From: a virus | Lineage: Duplodnaviria > Caudoviricetes | Strand: one strand, 5' to 3' | DNA: 52,384 nucleotides | Virus record (IMG/VR): IMGVR_UViG_3300027969_000136 | Location: 1 to 52,384 of that record | Shown: in pieces, positions 47,301 through 52,384 of the stretch | How positions within the stretch are numbered: position 1 is the first letter of the stretch | Layout of the letters: every line of letters starts with the position of its first letter | The notes under the pieces: generated by a model | What the model was told of the DNA's origin: nothing | The model's input: only the letters and a program-made list of their open reading frames with translations | Databases searched by the model: none | Made by a program: the position numbers and the translations under genes

Positions 47301-47654
47301 TTCATTGGTGGTTTGTTCCAACCCGTTGAAGGCCGTGGCACACTGGACGAAGCGTATAGCATGATGGAGCAGGTCAAGCAAACCAAGGCCACGTACAACA
47401 GCTTGGTGGAAAAAGGCGAACGTGCCGAGGCCAGAGCCTTCGCACAGGAGAACGCAGATAAGTTGGCGCTTGCTTCCACATCCGGTCAGGTATTCAAGTT
47501 CTTGGGCGAACTAGCCAAGCAAGAGCGCATAGTGAAAGCCGATCCACGCTTGACTACCGAGCAGAAAGATGAACGCTTGGCAAGACTTGACCAACAAAAG
47601 ATCAACTACGCTCGTCGCTTTATCCTCCTAGGCGATAGAACCACACGCCAGTAA
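41307..47654 (+). CDS. giant internal virion / polyvalent protein with zincin-like HExxGH motif and C-terminal LPD38-like domain
   Basis: 2115 aa; VLHELVGHYG; IPFFNAQIQG, NWFI, PIPFELG and KPVAEVVLGKSFF motifs. Confidence 0.75.
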   Translation: MANYIKLPDGSFFPVEEGENYTSAMRAAYAKYPEAFGAEKQEAPKKSGITGAIGKGFESTLSQLRSGVGKYINPEEAAVAGLQRGEEISGKYADQIGIDKVKEAYNKDGVLSAAKEVGRQIPLAIAEQAPNLAASFGGARLGAMAGAPLGPYGALAGGALGAFLPSKLQSLGGDIERQAQEQTARGEPVKIDTGAAELASTGQGALEVIATFVPFGKQLVSKLTGIPAKALTIGTGNAAKLAEERLATTLAKGTGVGVLAEVPTEITQQMLERAQAGLSLTSQDALEEYGRTAYQVGLLAPLGAAGRLSSKAGAKQEVAAKKAEEQNLAVTTAFKESEAKATAPEALTQLDDQYRAATQHMASLQQDLVKPAKGATPEEKAAYAQAKQEFDTFRKEEFMPLKQEYEKRKPLIEKMQDERQAALEAQTGAEQPTAAKYGTTDIPGAAPYSQQPVVRLMEQQDNLRQQFGQLEDRLTAATPEEYAQIHPEYEAVKARLTEMGSAIDERGGVSVSEKDFVKQLAAETKKFQDFQQKGEFDKAKEQADKLANLKKRQALFDEMRAAREQRGQTGELFTQEQAPLAPTEKPEGPAQPTTVPGIAETPAQAMQFEPKEVVAETPRPEGYGMKPVKEAVTLPSQRDPKQLDIFSQENITRTGMTPEERAAADRRVAEATNVPAGRIAQSIKDAEKQRMTRVLDTRLNLAGTEAQRTVTPEQYDATMEQIKTLHNKVVKAQGNATKSYLQQLFDLADQEKALVDSINTAQTAGKSVTRLNKQLNGLRNRYDNIFNTHVDPARKKIETLYQGMYKAKPAVKASVVAAEKKAAGEAQLGTLKIKNAEGKTIGAKVSRAVKETKRISEGNVRKEAEDSAQMRKLADDLGRQEPEFDKLGKSMTKRLKALQEKYGRNDPAVTAFQLQMNDALNAKALELGRQTPEYKATLAEQTGIVKEALAQSKQTTPSKRTVQETRKVRRAPTEERTGSAESRATTERKALREAGSRLTKAQVEELVKTAYDTDGGTAYRTRETEGESVDPKAASDFIEKVQSKLPENVKLVYAATPGKIPVRLLKQMSNEGIDPTEAMVQGAVFSDGTVLVVGDQHVDLKDLEATVLHELVGHYGIDTIIGLERLQAYANKTDLRALAEEIGGQDLLNEVIRTAQANERMGRSVEVQKLQALREIIAHTEEARVNESFKQKAGRWLKELIGMVRAGLRDMGFTSSSLLSTSDVFYSLRQSRQAFASKRLGPYRAADGQIAFRTKVDPGVKSSFIATKPSIKDRLMGNFLGLAGRVQLVDQHAAISEAFKRGADKGIISSAEALNGEWLLRFGQNVSQYAQQFMTHGRVQYQTVTRNGVTEKIFMSDKGPNMLDAAEALYKGKFDSDTEAEAFLTAYVAGQRAEAVGWEKLNYKDPAAVKREYQERMAALKANQTQFDAVQEAAKIYQTYNNGLIDFLVQTGEMTPEKAAALKKIPYIPYYRVDGDSLNLFVAGEKPIRIGNVKDQPELQQLVGGEDQIMPIFTSAVQNTFILTRMGLRNAMMKDNSFLLHKLGMASKIGPGMGPKGENVVRFKVKGKDHFAVIDTDKFDIPAELVVKGMEGIKTTLPAAIRLMGYPADILRKFVTRNPAYAVRQVIRDPLNAWLTTGTDATPVLSSMKELAKMVAGRSETEEQLMRTGAISSNVFSGNARDMDMLLRDITAGKSGWAKLMAKADALAMQGDAATRAVIYKESIDKGMSEQQALLRTLESMNFGRRGLSPSMQMLSTVIPFFNAQIQGLDVLYRAYKGQMPFNEQLKIKEKMMQRGMFMALGTIAYAAAMQDDEAYKRAKPEERYGNWFIYIPGFDEPIKAPIPFELGYLFKALPEAVWNMAAGDEKASKAVGGFLKLLGQSNPFGLPQAVKPVAEVVLGKSFFSGDIESAREKQLLPSERYRDNTTELAKLIGAATASKTVKDITGKEGITPIEIDYLIRGYTGGLGIAIVQLANPLFNMEMKSDVAKPSLKLSKTPFIGGLFQPVEGRGTLDEAYSMMEQVKQTKATYNSLVEKGERAEARAFAQENADKLALASTSGQVFKFLGELAKQERIVKADPRLTTEQKDERLARLDQQKINYARRFILLGDRTTRQ

Positions 47655-47817
47655 AACCGTCCCTGACCCCGACCTTGGCTCGGGCGTCAAACAAACGATG
47701 GCCGAGGGCTTTATTTAAACCCTCGGCTTTTATCTCAGCCGTGTCGATGCAAGGGACAAAGAACCCCTGCCCCCTCTCAAGCCGCTGCCATGGATACTGG
47801 ATTGATAATTTCTTCAT
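47620..47817 (-). CDS. small putative DNA-binding protein (YPWQRLERGQGFFVP)
   Basis: YPW..L..G..FFVP pattern; GAGGA-like SD within the upstream gene. Confidence 0.7.
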   Translation of the reverse strand: MKKLSIQYPWQRLERGQGFFVPCIDTAEIKAEGLNKALGHRLFDARAKVGVRDGFTGVWFYRLGG

Positions 47818-50740
47818 CCAAGGTCGAGTTCTCTCTGGAGATTTTCATTGTTGAAACCCGCATCGGGGGGCCGCTGGTTCTAGCCATCATGTCTTTCTTG
47901 GGCATGTAGGACACCACAAATTGCTTCTCAAGCTGACGCTTGAAGTCAGCGTAACCAAAGCTCATGTTGGAGCAGAAGGTTTTAAGCAAGCGCTCCTCAA
48001 TGTAGAAGTCTGTGTGGTTGGCTGTTACGCCATGCTCCACCCGCCCCATAACTACCGAGCGAGTTGTCGATGCGTCAATCTCAGCAGTACCGCCAAGGAG
48101 TGCCACAGCGCCAGACTTGGAGTTAAAGCGCACCACCACGAACTTGCCGTAATACTCTTGGATGAAGCCGTTGAGCACATCCTCTGCACTGCGCTTGTTG
48201 GTCTTGATGTTGCCCCGAGCCGTGTTGACACGCAGGATCAGAAAGTCTTTCATCTCGCTCAACGGGAAGTCAATAATGCCAAGGTGCTTACTGCCCAGAG
48301 ACAGGCCAGCGGCCATCATTGCACCGATGCCGGCCATCCAGAAACGCTCGTCATTGGTAGCGTTGAAATCCTTGTAGCAGTTACGCACGATCTCAGGCAC
48401 AAGGGTCTTGAGCATGGGCACATTCTTGGCCAAGAAGTTAGCCAACTCGTATCCTACCAAGGCGTAGTTCTTATGCAAGGACTTGATGACCTCGATCTCA
48501 TGGGGCTCCCACGACAACTCTTCGTCCATGATGAATTCAAGAACGCGGCGCAGTTCACCCTCAGACGAGTGCTTGCGTGATCCGGTTAGGTAGTCCACAA
48601 CGTGGGTATTGGAGGACATGATGGCCACTGTCTGCCAAGTCGAGAGGTTGATACGCTCCTTGTTAGCGCCTGACTCCATACGCTCCTTGCCGCGACCCTC
48701 GGTCATGTCCAGTAGGAACTCGGGAAACCACTCAGCATCCTTGCGGTTCTTGGCGGTGATCTCATCCGTTACTAGCGGCATGCTGCCAAGCAGTCCAAGG
48801 CGTTGTTGCATGGCGACAGGCGATGTGCCCTTACCAGTGCGGTAGTGAACGGGGTGACCCCAGACTGAAGCCGCACCTTCCAGCGCCAGTGACTTACCCG
48901 TACCCGACTCGGTTGAACCGCAGTGATAAGTCATCCCATAAATGCCCGTAAACCGCATAAAAGGGGCGCTGGCGCCTGCCAAAACGATGGACAGATGTCC
49001 ATATAGCCTCTTGGCAATTAAAAGCTTTATGAAGGCTACCCAAGTTTCCATTGAACCAGTAGGTCTGGTGTTGGCCACGATGTTCTCAAGACCGGGCATC
49101 GGCACTTCGACAGGGGCTCCAGTGGCGCTGAAGATTTTGCCTGCGAAAACAAAAGTATCATTATCTTGCCAGCCGTAGTTGGCTGGTACTTTGACGGGTG
49201 ATTTATCGTTGCTCATTTTCTCCACGCTCGCACGTACGTAATCAAATAAATTCTTATCGTTGCCTCGACCAAACGATGCCACGATATTCTGGTTGGCCAG
49301 TGCCTTGACTGTTTCATCTTGACTCACGACAGCCTTCTGCGCCATCGTAATGTTCTGTACGCCCTCACGCCTGATGGCCATGAAGTGCACTGTGTGTTCT
49401 CCGTTGTGGCTCAAGATGTCCACAGGGAAAAGATCGTAGGGAATAATCAAAACGCTACGCATGACCTTGTTGCCCTGCGCGTCTTCGTCTTCCTTCTGAA
49501 TGAAAATGCCACCGCGCTCACCATAAGCGTAGCCACGGGGTGCTTCAGGGCGAAGCACCTTCTTGACTTCCTCGTCCATTGAAACGCGGGGTAGCTCCAC
49601 CACACTCTCAACTGTGGTCACCGCCATGTCGCGGCCAAAGATCAGCGGGTTTGTAATCTTGCCCCAGTGTGGGCAACTTGGGCAGACTCCGGGGTTCTCC
49701 GAATCCATCTTCGTGCAGGGGTAGGGGCCTTTGATTTCAGCCAACTTGGTGCGCATGCGGTCTTCGCTGTACGGGTGCATGTCGCTGATCCACTTCGATG
49801 CACCTTCGCCATCCACACAGACCTTCGTCCAAGACAGGATACCGCGCCACAAAGGTTCCATGCCGTCCTGTTCAGCGTGCTCTACGTAGTGTGAGATTTG
49901 GCCACAGCCTGTACCAGCACGGGTCTTGACCACGATGTTCTTGAAGCGGGTGACGCTGTTCTCAAACAACTTGACCTGACTTGCGCTTGGTGTGGATGGT
50001 CTAGTACCGGGAAGCTCAACCACGTTGTCAGGCTGTTTGGCCATACTTACTTCGTACTGCGTGCCGATCAGGTTCTTCTCCACCACTGCGCGGATGTCTG
50101 CCAACTCGAACACAGCGCCTTCGCTCATGAAGCGCACGTTGGTTTGAGCGCGCACCTTCTTGCGATTCTTGATGCCGGTATTGATCGTGGCAGGGATGCG
50201 CAGGACGCGGGATGCGTCTGACGTTACTGTGGGGTCAATGTCCAGTTTGTTCTGGTAGCACATGCGCTTGAACGCCTCGGCCACCGGCTTCCACTCGTTG
50301 ACATCCACAGCTTCGGAGAGTGGCCAGTATGCGTGCACACCACCGCCAGACGCCACCATCCACGGGTCGCCCAATGCAGACAACCCAGTAGTCTCGGTGA
50401 ACTCCATGATGGCTTGAGCCGCCAGCTTTGCACTAGCGTACGCCTTGGGCTTGATGTTGCCTTCCGCATCAGGCAGGTCTTTGGGATGGTTGCAGTCCAC
50501 GTCGATGGCAAAGGTCTTGACCATGTGCACGTTATCCGCAGTCCTGTTGTTGTCGTCCCCAAACGTACCTAACGCAAAGTAAATATCTTCACCCGCCTTC
50601 TTCCATCTGTCGATGAAAGGTTGTGCTTCCTCCAGTGTGTGAACATAGGCATGTTCTTTTCTTTTTGAAAGTTCCACCACGCAATAGCGCCCATTTCCGG
50701 GCGGTGGCAAAACCGCCGCTACAAACTCAAGCGGTTCCAT
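47777..50740 (-). CDS. primase-helicase (N-terminal primase domain + DUF927 + P-loop helicase)
   Basis: DVD, SGGGVHAYW and RVLRIP primase motifs; CPSCPH; Walker A ESGTGKS, Walker B VTDE; GRGKER. Confidence 0.85.
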   Translation of the reverse strand: MEPLEFVAAVLPPPGNGRYCVVELSKRKEHAYVHTLEEAQPFIDRWKKAGEDIYFALGTFGDDNNRTADNVHMVKTFAIDVDCNHPKDLPDAEGNIKPKAYASAKLAAQAIMEFTETTGLSALGDPWMVASGGGVHAYWPLSEAVDVNEWKPVAEAFKRMCYQNKLDIDPTVTSDASRVLRIPATINTGIKNRKKVRAQTNVRFMSEGAVFELADIRAVVEKNLIGTQYEVSMAKQPDNVVELPGTRPSTPSASQVKLFENSVTRFKNIVVKTRAGTGCGQISHYVEHAEQDGMEPLWRGILSWTKVCVDGEGASKWISDMHPYSEDRMRTKLAEIKGPYPCTKMDSENPGVCPSCPHWGKITNPLIFGRDMAVTTVESVVELPRVSMDEEVKKVLRPEAPRGYAYGERGGIFIQKEDEDAQGNKVMRSVLIIPYDLFPVDILSHNGEHTVHFMAIRREGVQNITMAQKAVVSQDETVKALANQNIVASFGRGNDKNLFDYVRASVEKMSNDKSPVKVPANYGWQDNDTFVFAGKIFSATGAPVEVPMPGLENIVANTRPTGSMETWVAFIKLLIAKRLYGHLSIVLAGASAPFMRFTGIYGMTYHCGSTESGTGKSLALEGAASVWGHPVHYRTGKGTSPVAMQQRLGLLGSMPLVTDEITAKNRKDAEWFPEFLLDMTEGRGKERMESGANKERINLSTWQTVAIMSSNTHVVDYLTGSRKHSSEGELRRVLEFIMDEELSWEPHEIEVIKSLHKNYALVGYELANFLAKNVPMLKTLVPEIVRNCYKDFNATNDERFWMAGIGAMMAAGLSLGSKHLGIIDFPLSEMKDFLILRVNTARGNIKTNKRSAEDVLNGFIQEYYGKFVVVRFNSKSGAVALLGGTAEIDASTTRSVVMGRVEHGVTANHTDFYIEERLLKTFCSNMSFGYADFKRQLEKQFVVSYMPKKDMMARTSGPPMRVSTMKISRENSTLDEEIINPVSMAAA

Positions 50741-50753
50741 ATTGTTTGCCTTG

Positions 50754-50936
50754 TCAGAAAAGGTTTTGTTGTTGGGGGTCTATGAACGGATGTTCGTCAG
50801 TTGGGGAAAGCGCCACGAATCGGCGCAGTAATTCCTTCTGCCATTCCTTTGGCATACCGAAAGGATCGTCTACCGCATCAGCGCAGTAGTTGATGAGTTC
50901 CCTGTTAGTCAGGGTTCTAGGTTGTATTCCTTGCAT
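50754..50936 (-). CDS. hypothetical protein, 60 aa (start MQGIQPR)
   Basis: GGAG SD before the ATG at 50936. Confidence 0.7.
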   Translation of the reverse strand: MQGIQPRTLTNRELINYCADAVDDPFGMPKEWQKELLRRFVALSPTDEHPFIDPQQQNLF

Positions 50937-51187
50937 ATTTTTCTCCATGCTTGTTCTGCGTCCTTTGAGGACTTCATTATTTCTAAAAGGAGTTCGACGC
51001 GGTTTTGATACGCGACAAAAACATCCTTACCTTCGAACCAGTTGTACACAGTTTGGCGGGTGACTCCGAGCGCGTAAGCAATCTTCGTCACAGGGAAATC
51101 TAAATAGATCGCCCAACGCCCAAGCTGATTGCCGGGCGTTTTCTTGGCAGCCATGACTGCGTCAATTACTCTTTGTGAATAGGCCAT
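50909..51187 (-). CDS. Cro/XRE-like helix-turn-helix protein
   Basis: VTKIAYALGVTRQTVYNWFEG. Confidence 0.8.
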   Translation of the reverse strand: MAYSQRVIDAVMAAKKTPGNQLGRWAIYLDFPVTKIAYALGVTRQTVYNWFEGKDVFVAYQNRVELLLEIMKSSKDAEQAWRKICKEYNLEP

Positions 51188-51199
51188 AGTGTTTTAGGT

Positions 51200-51247
51200 G
51201 GGGGTACTAACTGCTCGTCCGCAAGCATGTTGCACAGCTTTCCCCCC
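51200..51247 (-). ncRNA. candidate structured cis-RNA with a loop-E-like module
   Basis: GGGG-GAA-AGCUG-[UGCAA..UUGCG]-GACGAG-CAGUU-AGUA-CCCC fills the intergenic gap. Confidence 0.5.
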
Positions 51248-51254
51248 GATTCAA

Positions 51255-52208
51255 TTACTCATCGTCCCAGTCGGACACGATGTCAGCGAGCTTGCCTTTC
51301 TTGGCAGGCACAGCAGACGGCTTAGAAGATTCCTTACGGACTTCTGGTTCGGCATCTTCCTCTACCTCGACAGGCTTGGCTTTCGCCTTGACAGCTTTCG
51401 GTGCGGGTGCTTCGGCTTCTTCCACTTCAACAGCCGCAGGGCGCTTGCCTTCGATGGCTAACTTAGGTGTAGGCTTCACACCATCAGCGGCGGCAACAGT
51501 CATCACAACTGCACGCTTGGCTTCATCGCTTTCGCCTTGCGTCTTAACGATTGCGTACTCCTCGTCAGTCAGCCAACGGCTAGGCGCGAAGTGCAACTTG
51601 GGCGCTTCTGCTTTCGTGTCGAACTTCATGCGAGTCACAATCATCTCGGGGCTGATGGGAGGGTTCTGCATAGCCAAGTTGCGAGCGAAGGCTTGCAATG
51701 GACGCTTGTCTCCGTCTTCCTTACCGAACACCGAAGTGGCTGGCAAAGTCAACTGCAGTATGTCGCCTTCGATGTTGTTCTCAAGCACCACAGCCAAGCG
51801 TTGTTGGTAGCGGCAGGCGCGGCTATTGCCTTGGCCTGAACCTGCGATGTTCTGAGGGCACGACATGCAGGTAGTAGATTGCTTGTTCTCAGCGGATGCT
51901 TCAGGACGCTCACCATCGTTGCTCCAGCAGTCAGGGCCAGTGATGTTGTCACCGTCATAAGACTTAGCGTAGAAAATGCGGCTGACCTTGGGTGCAGCCC
52001 TAACGATGATGACGTCCAAGAAGCGCTCGTCAATAGAAGCGATCTCTTTGCCACCGGCCAGTAAACGGAACACACCACCTTTGATGGAGATGCGCTTGCT
52101 ACTGGTGCCTACACCGCCACCCGTCAGGGCTTTGGCTGTCTCAGATAACTCGTTGTTGCGTGCGAATGAGGGAACATTGGAAGGGTTAAATAGTGCGATA
52201 TTAGTCAT
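51255..52208 (-). CDS. putative single-stranded DNA-binding/annealing protein
   Basis: RISIKGGVFR, CWSNDG, CMSCPQN and RAC motifs; acidic C-terminal tail DWDDE; next to replication genes. Confidence 0.6.
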   Translation of the reverse strand: MTNIALFNPSNVPSFARNNELSETAKALTGGGVGTSSKRISIKGGVFRLLAGGKEIASIDERFLDVIIVRAAPKVSRIFYAKSYDGDNITGPDCWSNDGERPEASAENKQSTTCMSCPQNIAGSGQGNSRACRYQQRLAVVLENNIEGDILQLTLPATSVFGKEDGDKRPLQAFARNLAMQNPPISPEMIVTRMKFDTKAEAPKLHFAPSRWLTDEEYAIVKTQGESDEAKRAVVMTVAAADGVKPTPKLAIEGKRPAAVEVEEAEAPAPKAVKAKAKPVEVEEDAEPEVRKESSKPSAVPAKKGKLADIVSDWDDE

Positions 52209-52215
52209 GATAAGT

Positions 52216-52384
52216 TTACTTGGTTGGTTTAGTTACGCGAATCTCAAACTCCGTTATAGAGTTCAAGCCCGGCGGGAGAGAGCCCGGGTTCTCTTCGAGG
52301 TACCGTGCCATGTTGGTTTGCGCGATGCGTTTCTCCAGCAAGTCCACGACTTCATTCTCAAGAATAAACTTTTTGAATGAGTCC
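52216..52384 (-). CDS. partial hypothetical protein (3' end ...DLLEKRIAQTNM...PPGLN...VTKPTK)
   Basis: Open frame running off the window edge, translated by hand. Confidence 0.7.
   Translation of the reverse strand, partial: DSFKKFILENEVVDLLEKRIAQTNMARYLEENPGSLPPGLNSITEFEIRVTKPTK

Noticed and set aside
1-52384. tRNA genes, integrase, DNA polymerase, alternative genetic code
   Set aside because: None recognised; genes tile densely under the standard code. A polymerase may lie outside the window

Overview
A 52.4-kb segment of a tailed dsDNA phage genome, probably podovirus-like: it has a P22-type portal, a nozzle and large ejected internal proteins, and no tape-measure or sheath gene was recognised. 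No integrase, tRNA, rRNA or CRISPR array was seen. Layout: (i) 1-6307, minus strand: small putative early genes, an M28/M20-type Zn peptidase and a Zn-ribbon protein, punctuated by five copies of a 17-bp palindrome CGGGTCA-N3-TGACCC(G/T) and an AT-rich origin-like region; (ii) 6308-6812, a divergent control region containing a candidate ~118-nt small RNA with its own promoter and terminator, whose unpaired core is complementary to the ribosome-binding sites of seven left-arm genes; (iii) 6813-47654, plus strand: terminase, portal, GroES, scaffold, major capsid followed by a pseudoknotted RNA element, adaptors, tail fibres, a 2OG-Fe(II) oxygenase, lysis genes, nozzle and four internal virion proteins including a 2115-aa LPD38/metallopeptidase-motif protein; (iv) 47620-end, minus strand: primase-helicase, HTH protein and SSB-like protein. 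Product calls come from motif recognition and synteny, not database searches.
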